This document shows positions 1-9,981 of a stretch of 64,000 bases of DNA, piece after piece. Location of the stretch: positions 4,323 through 68,322 of the forward strand of contig JADHSC010000007.1 of assembly GCA_016777125.1 (NCBI GenBank), given 5' to 3'. The notes beneath the pieces are model-generated. The model was not told where the DNA came from. It worked only from the letters and a program-made list of their open reading frames with translations, and searched no databases. The stretch is from Candidatus Poseidoniaceae archaeon (GTDB lineage Archaea; Thermoplasmatota; Poseidoniia; Poseidoniales; Poseidoniaceae). Made by a program: the position numbers and the translations under genes. Each line of letters opens with the position of its first letter. Within the stretch, counting starts at the first letter, position 1.

Positions 1-142
1 CAGAATTTGTAGCCCACATGACAGCAGCACCCATTCCAAGGAGAATGGAAACGAAGAGAATAGCGTACAATTTTGTCATTGTACTGTCGTCTTTTGGCAG
101 ATCAAGTTCGACGACAATCTTGTTCTTCTTCTTTCGAGCCAA
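1..142 (-). CDS. 5' part of a membrane protein cut by the window edge; possibly a second TadC/FlaJ-like pilus platform protein
   Basis: Not in the ORF track. Manual translation from a TTG at 142, preceded by SD GGAGGTGA, gives MARKKKNKIVVELDLPKDDSTMTKLYAILFVSILLGMGAAVMWATNS (basic N-terminus then a TM helix). Lies 14 nt after the TadC-like gene on the same strand. Confidence 0.55.
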   Translation of the reverse strand, partial: MARKKKNKIVVELDLPKDDSTMTKLYAILFVSILLGMGAAVMWATNS

Positions 143-156
143 GTCTTGTCACCTCC

Positions 157-1176
157 CTACATATCCTGTTCCTTACTGGATGTGTACACCAGTATGGCAT
201 ACGCTACGTGAATCATCGGAATGAATCCGAGAACAATTCCATAGAGCATGCTTTCCGACATCTGAGCACCTGAACCCGATACCCAGAACATAATGACGAG
301 CATGACGATCAAGAACAGCGGCATTGCAACTGCAACAACAATGTATGATTCAGCCAGCATAGCAATCGATTCAAGGAATTGCTGTAGTCGTGTTCTGTTC
401 TCACGCATGTAGTGTTCCGCTCTGTTTAGGAAGAAGAGTTTCAGTTGACCACCAGCAGTTAGCGTACCAACCATACCTTGGAAGAATTCAGTTAACCACA
501 CAGAAGCAGCACGATCGACACTCATCTTCATCGAAGTAATCAGGTCATATCCAAGCAAGGTAACGTCGCGATACACCAGCGCAGCGTCATCAGCAACATC
601 GCCGTAGATGTCCTTATTCATCGCAAGAGATCTGAAAATCTTCGCAGGTGTTGCATTCGCAGCCGCCATTGCAGCAGTATACGAGGCTGCATATGGAAGG
701 TACTTCTCAATCATATCACCACGTCGCTTTGCTTCGCGTTCTGCTCCACCTTTGTTGAATTTCCAAGCCCCGATTGGAACCAAGACGAATCCTATGATGA
801 GAAGCAAAACCTTGAGTGCTGGTGGGAAGACTTTGGTATCGTAGTCTGGGCAACCGTTTCCTGGCTGTGATTCATCGATAAGCGCTGTGTTCCAGTATTC
901 CCATTCAAAACATACAGCTTGAGTTGCAGGGTCTTGCTGACTTTCCCACAGATCGATGACGCCTATTTCTGGAACGAAGAATAATCCAACCATACCGATT
1001 CCAATTGCAGAAACTACGATGGTTGTTACGAATACTGTGGCCAGATAAACTTCTGGCATCATCGGCATGGATGCTTTGACAAGATCCTTTGAAAGTTTCT
1101 TGTCGCCACGGGCACGTTTCTTGAACACACCGCCAAGGAGGCGATGACAGATACGTTGCCATGCGGTTAAATCCAT
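157..1176 (-). CDS. Type II secretion system F-domain (TadC/FlaJ/PilC-like) membrane platform protein
   Basis: T2SSF-like segment (IEKYLPYAASYTAAMAAANAT..IFRSLA..YG..A..ELFQGMVGTLTAGG) with several TM helices, directly downstream of a FlaI/TadA-type ATPase. Confidence 0.85.
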   Translation of the reverse strand: MDLTAWQRICHRLLGGVFKKRARGDKKLSKDLVKASMPMMPEVYLATVFVTTIVVSAIGIGMVGLFFVPEIGVIDLWESQQDPATQAVCFEWEYWNTALIDESQPGNGCPDYDTKVFPPALKVLLLIIGFVLVPIGAWKFNKGGAEREAKRRGDMIEKYLPYAASYTAAMAAANATPAKIFRSLAMNKDIYGDVADDAALVYRDVTLLGYDLITSMKMSVDRAASVWLTEFFQGMVGTLTAGGQLKLFFLNRAEHYMRENRTRLQQFLESIAMLAESYIVVAVAMPLFLIVMLVIMFWVSGSGAQMSESMLYGIVLGFIPMIHVAYAILVYTSSKEQDM

Positions 1177-1185
1177 AGAAACACC

Positions 1186-2712
1186 TCAGCGTAGACCGTC
1201 AACTCGTGCAAGAACTTCATTCGGACGAACGTAATATTCAGTAATGATTTGTGACACTTGGTCAGCCTTACGAATATCATTGAGAACAAGCCATTCCAAA
1301 ATTCGCTTACGTGTTCTCAATTCACGACGCATCTCGTCTTGTGAATAGTTGATTTTTACCATGATTTTCTCAAGAACATACGACTTACCACTGAAGATGA
1401 AATCGTCAGATGATACGTCCCAACGGAATACTTCGTTGGTAATGACTTCCATCGAGTTTGGATCGATACCAACAATCTCAACAATTTGTTTTGTTCTTCG
1501 AACACGTCGTCCATTGATACGAGTTTGAATCTGAATAACACAGCCTTCAAGTGCAGGCAATAAAACTCGAGGAATATCAATCGGTTTGTTCTCAAGTCGG
1601 TGGACGAGAGAAGGTACGGAGTCAGCGTGAACTGTTGAATACGCACAGTGACCGGTAGCCATTGCTTGGAACAGAACGTATGCTTCAGCACCACGAATCT
1701 CACCGACAATAATGTATTCTGGCCGTTCACGAAGAGCTGCTTTGAGCAACTCGAACTCACCGATCTCTCCCTCGCTTGATTCTCCACCAAACCCTTGCCG
1801 AGTAAGACCCGGGACCCAGTTTGGCTGAGGAATGTTTACTTCACGGGTGGATTCGATTGAAACGATTTTCATTTGCCATGGAATAAAGATACACATAGCA
1901 TTGAGTGTCGTGGTCTTACCGGAAGCGGTACCACCAACGAACAGCATTGGAACTTCATTTTGGAACGCAACCCAAAGATAAGCCACCATCAGAGATGACA
2001 TGGTTCGGAATGCAACAATATCTGCAGGAGAGAACGGATCGTCCTTGAATCGTCGAATACAGAAACAAGAACCGCGAGTTGAAACTTCACGACCTAATTT
2101 CATAACGATACGGGAACCATCCATCAGAGTTGCGTCAAGCAATGGGTCGGCAACGGAAATGTGCTTCCCACATCGTTGTGCGAGTTTAATGACATACGAT
2201 TCAAGTTCATCGTCAGTATCCCAAACAACGGTTGTTTCCACGGATTCGAATTTACGGTGATAAGCGAAAATTGGGACTCCGGTACCGTCGAGAGAAATAT
2301 CCTCAACGTTTGCATCGTTCATCAACACGTCCATCTGGCCGTATCCAATAAGGTCGCGGCGAATGTAATAGAACAATTTGGATTTGGATTTCTTGGTGAT
2401 TTTCATACCGTATGCTTTGATGACCTTGTCCATTGCAGTTCGAAGGTACGCTTCCGGGTTAGCGTCAATTTCTTCGATATTAGCAGTCAACGACCGGATG
2501 AAAATATCCATAATTTCTTCTCTTTGTTCTTGTTCTTTTTTTGTCATCGGTGGTTCGATGATTTGGTAAATGATGTTCAGCGTACGCTTGTCACGTACAA
2601 TTCTTGCAAAGGCATGCGGAGGCATGACTGGGTACTTGTCCAACTCATCATATTGAGCACGTTGTTGAGCTCTTTGACGACCTCGACCGCCTTCACCCTT
2701 CTTCCTTGCCAT
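1186..2712 (-). CDS. Type II/IV secretion system ATPase (FlaI/TadA/PilB-like)
   Basis: Walker A GGTASGKTT, Walker B IIVGEIRG, His box TGHCAYSTVHA, archaeal-type N-terminal domain (YYIRRDLIGYG..DVLMND..VEDIS). Confidence 0.92.
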   Translation of the reverse strand: MARKKGEGGRGRQRAQQRAQYDELDKYPVMPPHAFARIVRDKRTLNIIYQIIEPPMTKKEQEQREEIMDIFIRSLTANIEEIDANPEAYLRTAMDKVIKAYGMKITKKSKSKLFYYIRRDLIGYGQMDVLMNDANVEDISLDGTGVPIFAYHRKFESVETTVVWDTDDELESYVIKLAQRCGKHISVADPLLDATLMDGSRIVMKLGREVSTRGSCFCIRRFKDDPFSPADIVAFRTMSSLMVAYLWVAFQNEVPMLFVGGTASGKTTTLNAMCIFIPWQMKIVSIESTREVNIPQPNWVPGLTRQGFGGESSEGEIGEFELLKAALRERPEYIIVGEIRGAEAYVLFQAMATGHCAYSTVHADSVPSLVHRLENKPIDIPRVLLPALEGCVIQIQTRINGRRVRRTKQIVEIVGIDPNSMEVITNEVFRWDVSSDDFIFSGKSYVLEKIMVKINYSQDEMRRELRTRKRILEWLVLNDIRKADQVSQIITEYYVRPNEVLARVDGLR

Positions 2713-2788
2713 AAACCAAACACCCCAAGCGTTCCTTGACAGGCTGCGCCCGACTATAACCTTTGGTCGCGAAACGATGCAAACGGCG

Positions 2789-3337
2789 CTACATCAGAGC
2801 GTTCAGCCATGTTCGAATTTCATCTTGAAAATGAACAAGATCTTGATTGTTTTCAAGTTGGACATCAGCAGAAGCAATCAAGGATTCAAGGCCCCACCCT
2901 TTTTCTCGCTTATCTCGGGCTTCAAACGTCGCAGTACCACCGTCTTCGCTACGACCTCTCGCTGCCATTCTTGCAAATCGAATTTCCTTTTCTGTGACAA
3001 TAGCAACAGATTGGAATCCATCGCCCCAAGTTGATTTGAAAACATCGTATTCGGCAGTCCCTCGAAGTCCATCGATCAGGACGATAGGATTGTCTTTGAG
3101 TAATTCATCAACTGCTGCAGTGAGGCGGACTGCCAGAACATCATCTCCGAACTCTCGGCGTAAATCTGCTGCGACAATACCAAACACTTCTGGTGCAACC
3201 TCGAGTTCTCTTCGAGCAACTTCTTCTCGAACCATATCCCCCATGGAGCGAACAGGAATCCCATTGTTCGAAAGGACTTGAGCAAACTCTCCCTTTCCTG
3301 AGCCGGGCATGCCACATACTGCGAAGACACGACCCAT
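2789..3337 (-). CDS. Archaeal UPF0200 / dephospho-CoA-kinase-like P-loop NTPase
   Basis: N-terminal P-loop GMPGSGKG, SMGDMVR, LIDGLRG and RGRSEDG motifs. Start set at MGRVF; the ORF track extends to 3367. Confidence 0.8.
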   Translation of the reverse strand: MGRVFAVCGMPGSGKGEFAQVLSNNGIPVRSMGDMVREEVARRELEVAPEVFGIVAADLRREFGDDVLAVRLTAAVDELLKDNPIVLIDGLRGTAEYDVFKSTWGDGFQSVAIVTEKEIRFARMAARGRSEDGGTATFEARDKREKGWGLESLIASADVQLENNQDLVHFQDEIRTWLNALM

Positions 3338-3372
3338 GATTGAAAGGCGATGGCGAGGACTCATCAATGTTG

Positions 3373-5085
3373 TTAGTTATCAAAGGCTGATTTGCCCCAT
3401 CGTCGGTCCATAAGTTTCCAAAGAAGACCAGATGCTCCAATCAGTCCAAGAGAAACAGTAAGCATTCCCCAGAATCCTTGTCGCATTTGTTCACTATCAA
3501 ACGAAACAGATTGTGCATCAAGCCCATCTTCTTGGACTTGAGTGAGCCAACTCTGGTAGAATTCAGTATCGCCTTGAGTGAAAGAGAGAAGGAACAAAGC
3601 GAGCAATGGTAGAACAGTTCCAATCCAGAACCAAGTCATGATCGCACCATCGAAAATTGCTTTGTTTGGACGTAATCCCATCAAGAAAGCGGTCAGTGCT
3701 ACGATGTAAATGGAGTTTGCAAACATGACGATAAGGCCGATTGGAAGCGCACCCCATTCATCGAGTCGCCAAGCCATGATGACCAGGAAGAGGAAGGAAA
3801 TCCATGAAGTTGCAATGAAATAAACGACCACTTTTGCTCGAATCAATTGAGGGACGCTCAAGGGTAATCCATTCATGAAATCTGGACTATCAAGAGCAGT
3901 TAGCCATGAATAGAAATTGAATCCAAAGAATCCAAGGAATGGAGCATATGAAAGTAAATTGATTGGAATTGGAGCATCTGCGAAATCAACAAGCCAGGCC
4001 ATTCCTAGAAGGACGAGGAGAGGAATGGAATAGGAAACGGTCATCTTCTTGAGTGCGCCTGAACGACGTAAATCTACGAATTCTTTTGCAACCAATAATC
4101 GAACATCGCTCTTACCGAGGAATTTCAATCGAGCATAGATTGGCTCGAACATATCTTCATGTTCAATGACCTTGGCTTCAAAGTCATCAAGAATAAGAAC
4201 AGAGGAAACAAGACCGATCATTGCACATCCAAACAAAGAAGCAAGAATCATCCACACTGCTTGTTCTCGCTGGATTGCAAGACCCCACAATCCAAAATCG
4301 ATGTCGAATAGGCCAATTCCAGCCATAATGCCCAATGCCACGACAAGAATTGGTCCAACGATTGTATATGGTCTGCCTCTCATCCACAGTGAAGAGGCGA
4401 GGAAAGACAGAGCAAGACCTTGAGCAATTGTTGTAAACATTGCAATCCATGTCCAAGGAAGAGAAGACCACTGCAGTGGCGTAGAGACACTGTTATCGAA
4501 CTGACCGAGGAATATCCCGACAGCCATTCCCAGAGTAATTGGCGTAAGGATCAGCATTGCATAATACATCAGTTCCTTGGCAAAAAATGCATAGTGCGCC
4601 ATTGAATTTGGCAGCGGTTGAATCGCTGGTGCAGCGATAAGGTGGTTTTTGTTGCCATCTCGTTGTGAAATTGCTTCTCGTCCTCGAAAAGCAAATGTTC
4701 CCATTCCAAGGCTAAACATCAACAAAGGAAGATGGAGGGCAAATCGTAATTGATCCCATGTGAAGGACTTTTCATCCATCTCTGAAGACTGTGCTGCAGA
4801 ATCTCCAACGAGGAATTGAAGTCCAATTGTTGTGATGGTAGTGACCAAAGCCAAGAGAAGTGGGAACAAGACAACTTGACGCTTCTTTGCGAAATCAATG
4901 TTCTCTCTCCATTCCTCTTTGAACATATAACGAAACGTTGTTGAAAAGGCTGCGAACCCTCGTTGAGGCTCAAGAAGAACCACATCAGCAGATGTTGTGC
5001 CAAGAGAAGTTTTGGTAGTCTCTGACGTTCGAGCAACCACTTCATCCCAATCTTGAGAGACGATTGTGGTTGTCGACATGGTCAT
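3373..5085 (-). CDS. Large polytopic membrane protein, probable ABC exporter permease
   Basis: More than 12 hydrophobic segments in two similar halves; overlaps the stop of the ABC ATPase upstream (4-nt ATGA-type coupling). Confidence 0.7.
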   Translation of the reverse strand: MTMSTTTIVSQDWDEVVARTSETTKTSLGTTSADVVLLEPQRGFAAFSTTFRYMFKEEWRENIDFAKKRQVVLFPLLLALVTTITTIGLQFLVGDSAAQSSEMDEKSFTWDQLRFALHLPLLMFSLGMGTFAFRGREAISQRDGNKNHLIAAPAIQPLPNSMAHYAFFAKELMYYAMLILTPITLGMAVGIFLGQFDNSVSTPLQWSSLPWTWIAMFTTIAQGLALSFLASSLWMRGRPYTIVGPILVVALGIMAGIGLFDIDFGLWGLAIQREQAVWMILASLFGCAMIGLVSSVLILDDFEAKVIEHEDMFEPIYARLKFLGKSDVRLLVAKEFVDLRRSGALKKMTVSYSIPLLVLLGMAWLVDFADAPIPINLLSYAPFLGFFGFNFYSWLTALDSPDFMNGLPLSVPQLIRAKVVVYFIATSWISFLFLVIMAWRLDEWGALPIGLIVMFANSIYIVALTAFLMGLRPNKAIFDGAIMTWFWIGTVLPLLALFLLSFTQGDTEFYQSWLTQVQEDGLDAQSVSFDSEQMRQGFWGMLTVSLGLIGASGLLWKLMDRRWGKSAFDN

Positions 5086-5864
5086 TCCTCCTCGTTGGAG
5101 ACTCCCTCGTCGCTCTTTCGCTCAGCTTCTTCAATCGAATGACCGACGAGGCGAATGAAGACATCTTCGAGTGTTTCACTTTCGTTTTCTTTCAAACCGG
5201 TAACTGTGCCTGCTGCTAGAACCTTTCCATTATTGATAATCGCCATGCGATTGCACATTCGTTCTGCCATTTCAAGGACGTGAGAACAAAGGAAAATGGT
5301 CCCTCCGTCCTTGACATGATCCAGAAGCCATTCTCTGCACTTGCGTTGGTAGATAGGATCCAAATTAGCAAATGGTTCATCGAGGAAGAGAAGTTTCGGC
5401 TTGTGGATAAACGCAGAAGCAAGCATCACTTTCTGCCGTTGCCCCTTTGAAAGGTCCTTACACATCGTATCCCGCTTTTCTTGCAGTCCAAACCAATCGA
5501 GCCAATGTTCAACATTTTGTTCAAGATTATCCAGGCCTCTAAGGCGAGCAACAAACTGAAGAAATTCTGCTGGTGTCAAGAATGAAGGAGGAGATTCTGA
5601 TTCGGGAACAATACCGATATTGGCTTTCAGTTTCTGTGGTGAATCTTCTGCATCAATTCCAAGAATTTCAATTTGACCAATCGAGGGGCGGAGTTGACCG
5701 GTTAGAAGTTTAATGAAAGTTGATTTTCCAGCTCCATTTGGACCAAACACTCCGAAGAATTCTCCGGAATGAACCTCAACATTTAGTGGATGGAGAGCGA
5801 CGAAATCACCGTACCTCTTGCCCATATCGACTGCACGAACAAGTGGTTTGCGTTCTTCGCCCAT
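5082..5864 (-). CDS. ABC transporter ATP-binding protein (ABC-2/DrrA-like)
   Basis: Walker A GPNGAGKS, signature LSKGQRQK, Walker B LLFLDEP, H-loop CSH. True start MGEERK at 5864; the longer ORF is antisense overlap with the next gene. Confidence 0.92.
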   Translation of the reverse strand: MGEERKPLVRAVDMGKRYGDFVALHPLNVEVHSGEFFGVFGPNGAGKSTFIKLLTGQLRPSIGQIEILGIDAEDSPQKLKANIGIVPESESPPSFLTPAEFLQFVARLRGLDNLEQNVEHWLDWFGLQEKRDTMCKDLSKGQRQKVMLASAFIHKPKLLFLDEPFANLDPIYQRKCREWLLDHVKDGGTIFLCSHVLEMAERMCNRMAIINNGKVLAAGTVTGLKENESETLEDVFIRLVGHSIEEAERKSDEGVSNEEE

Positions 5865-5958
5865 GCACCTTGGAGCCACCTGATGGTTTTCATTGCTTGC
5901 TTGCAGCAGGTAAGGGAAGCATAGGTGAACTCTTGAACCTCCGTGCAATCCAACCATC

Positions 5959-6801
5959 ATGACGCCTCCACAAACCGATGTGCTCTCCATTGAAACCGTA
6001 CCAGTTGAATCATGTGATGATGGAACTGTTGTTGCTTTAGTCACAATCAATAGGCCAAACAAATTGAACGCTTTGAATTCTGATGTCACCAGTTCGATCA
6101 AAGACATGGTCGCATGGGTTGAACAGACTGACACTGTACGCTGTGTCGTCGTTACTGGAGCGCAACCACTTCCTCCTCCAGAAGGAAAGAGAGCGAAACC
6201 GAACGCATTTGTTGCTGGCGCAGATATCACAGAATTCCTTGGAAGAGGAAGTGAAGAAATCACCGTCATGTTCACTGATAATGCTATCGAGGCTCTATGG
6301 AATATGAGTAAACCAAGTATTGCCATGGTCGATGGATTCGCCCTTGGTGGAGGATTGGAAGTTGCTTGCTCTTGCGACATCCGTATTGCAAGCACTCGCT
6401 CCAAGTTCGGAACGCCTGAAATCAATCTCGGACTTATACCAGGCTATGGAGGCACACAGCGTCTCGTTTCCTTGCTCGGTTATGGCAAAGCATTGGAATT
6501 AGTTATGACCGGAGAGATGATCGGTGCTGAAGAAGCACAACGAATTGGTTTGGTAAATCATGTTACTGAGCCTGAAGAGTTGAACCAACGAGTGATGACG
6601 ATGGCATCATTAATTGCAACAAAATCCAGCAACACCCTTCGAGTTGCTAAGGAAACCCTACGATCAGCTCTGGATGAAGGATTAACCCAAGGTGTGGCTA
6701 CAGAAGCAAAAGCATTTGCAAACCTTTTCGATACTGAAGATAAGGAAATTGGTGTAAAGGCCTTCCTCAACCGCGAAACCGCTGAATGGAAGCACAGATG
6801 A
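5959..6801 (+). CDS. Enoyl-CoA hydratase/crotonase family protein
   Basis: TINRPNKLNALN, AFVAGADI, GFALGGGLEVA, FGTPEINLGLIPGYGGTQRL (both catalytic Glu present). Confidence 0.92.
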   Translation: MTPPQTDVLSIETVPVESCDDGTVVALVTINRPNKLNALNSDVTSSIKDMVAWVEQTDTVRCVVVTGAQPLPPPEGKRAKPNAFVAGADITEFLGRGSEEITVMFTDNAIEALWNMSKPSIAMVDGFALGGGLEVACSCDIRIASTRSKFGTPEINLGLIPGYGGTQRLVSLLGYGKALELVMTGEMIGAEEAQRIGLVNHVTEPEELNQRVMTMASLIATKSSNTLRVAKETLRSALDEGLTQGVATEAKAFANLFDTEDKEIGVKAFLNRETAEWKHR

Positions 6802-7533
6802 TTAGAACCCAACAACCATTTGCCAAGCGATTGCAAATACAGCGACATCAGCGATTGCGTGAGCAATCCAAGCCACCCAAATGCTTCGATATTCGATGTA
6901 TATCCAAGAGAATATTACGCCACCAATAAAGACGCCCAGCGATGCTAGGAAATTCCCTAATGGATCGATAAAGAACGCTAATGCGATGGCGTGATGCAGT
7001 GTAAAAACACCTGCAGACAGAAGAATAGGCAACCATTTTCCGGAAACGAGTTGCTCTATTTTTGATGTGATAAACCATCGGAAGACGAACTCTTCCAATA
7101 CAGAATTAATGAATACCCAAAAGAGGATTGCAAGCATAAGTTTCCATGGCGTTGTCAAACCAAACGGATCTAGAATTTCAATGAGGTCTTCATCACTCAC
7201 TAATGTGTCTCCAAGGAGAACATAGGCAAGCATAATGACAACTGCCATTACAATCCCTAATCCTGCAGAGACAGCCCATCCTCCATTTAACGCTGGAGAA
7301 CGAGAAAAGACGTTTTTATCGATACGTAAATGCCAAAATGCTGGAAGACCGAATATCCATACCTTGGTAAAAATAAACACAACAATGGCCAATACGCCTG
7401 CTTTGAAAGCAAATCCTGTTACGACTGAAACGGTTGGAGCAATCCCAACGAGGATTAATCCAAGTAATGCAAGATTCTTTTGTTGGCTAGAATCATGAGA
7501 TTGAGAATGCATGAGGCAAACTCCTTCACTCAT
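6802..7533 (-). CDS. CPBP (CAAX/Abi) family intramembrane metalloprotease
   Basis: EEFVFR, FTLHH and HAIAD motifs; multiple TMs. Start may be 7512. Confidence 0.85.
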   Translation of the reverse strand: MSEGVCLMHSQSHDSSQQKNLALLGLILVGIAPTVSVVTGFAFKAGVLAIVVFIFTKVWIFGLPAFWHLRIDKNVFSRSPALNGGWAVSAGLGIVMAVVIMLAYVLLGDTLVSDEDLIEILDPFGLTTPWKLMLAILFWVFINSVLEEFVFRWFITSKIEQLVSGKWLPILLSAGVFTLHHAIALAFFIDPLGNFLASLGVFIGGVIFSWIYIEYRSIWVAWIAHAIADVAVFAIAWQMVVGF

Positions 7534-8425
7534 TCATTTCTTCTTTCAATGCTGCAAGGGCGCCCGAAGGTCCTGGAAGAGGGAGTGGTAACGGATTACC
7601 GTCTGGCCCCATCAATGGAGGAAGTTCAAGTGGGTCCTTTTCCAATACCTTCTCAGTCGTAATAACCGCTTCAAATCCTGAATCGAGCGGAGAGCGATAT
7701 TTGAGGACACGTTGATCATCGATACGAATGAATGTTGCACCGTAGATATGTCCCGCCTCGGGCTGAGCAGGTTCATCGAGAACTGCCAATCCATGCCCTT
7801 CTTTTTGAAGAAGTTCGACAAGATCTTCTCGTACTGCGTGTTCTTCCCACATACGTGCACTCGATGCACGAATATCAGCCATCTGAGAACGACGACGAGC
7901 TTCGATTCGTTGTCGAATCTCACTATGCCTCGATGCTCTTTCAGCAACAGTCGCTTGAATATCTGCTTCCTCAACTGATTCTGGACTTACTTCAACAACG
8001 TATTCATCGGCGACGTGGACCGCTTCAACAGTTACGACTGGGAGTTCAACTTCGATCTCATCACTGGTTGTAGCCATCGCAGCTCTTTGAGCTTCTTGGG
8101 CTGCACGTATCTTCGCAGCTTTCCGCTCTTTAAGCGTCATTTTGTCAGGGAGAGGGGCTTCTGCGACCGATTCTTCTTCTGCTTGAGGTTCTGAAGAAGC
8201 AGTTTCTGTTGCAGCTTCAGGTTGCTTTGATAGTATTTGCTTGGCTTCAGGCATAACAAACTTCGGTTGTCCCGAAAAAATGAATGTAAAACCAAGAACA
8301 AGCATGACACCTATTGCCGCATATTGTTCTTGTTCGGCCAACTCTCCCGCCATCGCGAGATAGAAAACCAATACTGCCACAAACGCAAATGCGATTGTAT
8401 TGCGAAGGAATCCCATGCCTATCAA
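7526..8425 (-). CDS. Hypothetical protein: two N-terminal TMs, charged helical region, Pro-rich C-terminus
   Basis: 299-aa ORF filling the gap between co-oriented genes; no recognised family. Confidence 0.7.
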   Translation of the reverse strand: MIGMGFLRNTIAFAFVAVLVFYLAMAGELAEQEQYAAIGVMLVLGFTFIFSGQPKFVMPEAKQILSKQPEAATETASSEPQAEEESVAEAPLPDKMTLKERKAAKIRAAQEAQRAAMATTSDEIEVELPVVTVEAVHVADEYVVEVSPESVEEADIQATVAERASRHSEIRQRIEARRRSQMADIRASSARMWEEHAVREDLVELLQKEGHGLAVLDEPAQPEAGHIYGATFIRIDDQRVLKYRSPLDSGFEAVITTEKVLEKDPLELPPLMGPDGNPLPLPLPGPSGALAALKEEMNE

Positions 8426-8445
8426 ACACTCCAGTCGCTTCGTGC

Positions 8446-9066
8446 TTAAGACGATGATGCCGGCTTTGATTCGTTCAGAATTTGAATCAAACCATCCAAT
8501 GCTTTTCGTCTATGACTAAACATTTCCTTCTCAGTTAAGTCAACATCAGCGAATGTTTTTCCATCTGTCGAATATTCTATTCCATCGATTCGGATTGGAT
8601 GTGGAACGAACACAGGATCGAACCCAAAGCCATCATTACCACTCGCTTGCATGGCAATTTCTCCGTTGCAAATCCCTCGGGAAACATGAACTTCTCCATC
8701 CAACCATAAGGCTGCTACAGCATGGAAGGCTCCATTGCGTTGAGTTGAATCGTTGAGAAGATTGAGTAATCCATTGAACCCTATTGTTTTCAGTGCATAA
8801 GCAGAATAGACGCCAGGGAATCCATCTAATGAATCAACAAATAATCCCGCATCCTCAACAAGTAAAGCATCATGTGGTGAAGGAAGATGTGGAATCGCTT
8901 GTTCAATCTTTGACCGAGCAACGTCCACCAAATCATCTGCTTGAGGCTCACTTATCTCCACCCCTTCAACCTGTAACTGGACCACGTCAAAGCCAAGTGG
9001 TTGCAATGCATGCTTTGCCTCTCGTACCTTTCCAGCGTTTCCAGTCATGAACCATACCGTGCGCAT
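8446..9066 (-). CDS. rdgB: Non-canonical purine NTP pyrophosphatase (Ham1/RdgB)
   Basis: TGNAGKVRE, VEDAGLF, FPGVYS, GFGFDPVF, EKEMFSHRRKA. Confidence 0.92.
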   Translation of the reverse strand: MRTVWFMTGNAGKVREAKHALQPLGFDVVQLQVEGVEISEPQADDLVDVARSKIEQAIPHLPSPHDALLVEDAGLFVDSLDGFPGVYSAYALKTIGFNGLLNLLNDSTQRNGAFHAVAALWLDGEVHVSRGICNGEIAMQASGNDGFGFDPVFVPHPIRIDGIEYSTDGKTFADVDLTEKEMFSHRRKALDGLIQILNESKPASSS

Positions 9067-9150
9067 GGCCTTGCCACATCACCCCCAATTGATGGCTTTT
9101 CGGATTGAATCAGGCACGATGTTGAAGTGTAGCAGGCCTCAGGTTCATCT

Positions 9151-9528
9151 GTGTTGCAACAGATTGGTTTGGTCGCATTGGGTGGAGGCATTGGAGCAGC
9201 GATGCGTTACTTGACTTCAGAATGGCTTGCGACCGATGGTTTTCCATGGGCCACCTTTGTCGTCAATCTCGTAGGATCTCTTTTACTCGGCGCCATAGCT
9301 GTCGCCCTTGCAGAACATGTCGTCTCTCAAAACGTGGCCCTTCTCCTCGGAACAGGCCTGCTTGGAGGCTTGACTACAATGTCTACCTTCTCAGTTGAAA
9401 CAATCCGTATGTTCGATGAACAGCAAAACGGTTTAGCCTTCACCTACATAGGATTAACAATGCTTCTCTGTCCATTAATGGCCTTGATCGGCTGGAGACT
9501 CAGCACAGCAATTACAGCCTCATCCTGA
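9151..9528 (+). CDS. crcB: Fluoride channel Fluc/CrcB
   Basis: GGGIGAAMRY, PWATFVVNLVGS, GLLGGLTTMSTFS; 4 TMs; GTG start. Confidence 0.9.
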   Translation: MLQQIGLVALGGGIGAAMRYLTSEWLATDGFPWATFVVNLVGSLLLGAIAVALAEHVVSQNVALLLGTGLLGGLTTMSTFSVETIRMFDEQQNGLAFTYIGLTMLLCPLMALIGWRLSTAITASS

Positions 9529-9546
9529 CCTTTAAGAAGAAGAAGC

Positions 9547-9981
9547 GTGAGGACACCTCAGATGTCTACCTCAGTGCTGATTGAAAAATTGAACCAAGCC
9601 CTTGGCTGGGAACTACGAGCGATCAACATGTATGCACACTATGCTGCATACATCAGAGGTATTCACAGACTCCAACTCGAACCTCATTTCTCTGCAGAAG
9701 CAAATGAATCGATGGTGCATTCAAACATCGTCCGTTCTGCTATTGTAAAACTTGGTGGCGTTGCTGTTACTGAGCGAAATCAAACCTCGATTCGCCATAC
9801 AACATCTTACTTGGAAATGCTTGCAGAGTCTTTGATTACAGAAACTAAAGCTGCTGAAGTCTATGGGGAATTGATTACAATGATCGAAGAAGATGGGGAT
9901 GCTGATTTGTACGATGCTATCGAACAAATCTATCTCGCTGAGATTCGAAGCGTTGAGGAACTTCGCAGACTTGCTGAATAA
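9547..9981 (+). CDS. Ferritin-like (bacterioferritin-type) four-helix protein
   Basis: LNQALGWEL..Y, EANESMVH, LGG turn, second-half E..KA and AEIRS. Likely ATG at 9562. Confidence 0.75.
   Translation: MRTPQMSTSVLIEKLNQALGWELRAINMYAHYAAYIRGIHRLQLEPHFSAEANESMVHSNIVRSAIVKLGGVAVTERNQTSIRHTTSYLEMLAESLITETKAAEVYGELITMIEEDGDADLYDAIEQIYLAEIRSVEELRRLAE

Noticed and set aside
157-2712. Archaellum operon
   Set aside because: No archaellins, arlH, arlF or arlG in the window; a pilus motor is the safer call
2161-2739. 192-aa plus-strand ORF
   Set aside because: Entirely antisense to the secretion ATPase, no recognisable motifs
5865-6425. N-terminal extension of the ABC ATPase
   Set aside because: Lies antisense to the enoyl-CoA hydratase; the ABC domain starts at 5864
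9067-9150. Fluoride riboswitch upstream of crcB
   Set aside because: The GGxGAUGGxxxUCxCC...GCUGAUGAC consensus is not present; only a partial GATGG match
9340-9400. Fluc TTMSTF (Met at the first conserved Phe) as a sign of inactivation
   Set aside because: Met at this position is known to be compatible with fluoride conduction; other motifs are intact
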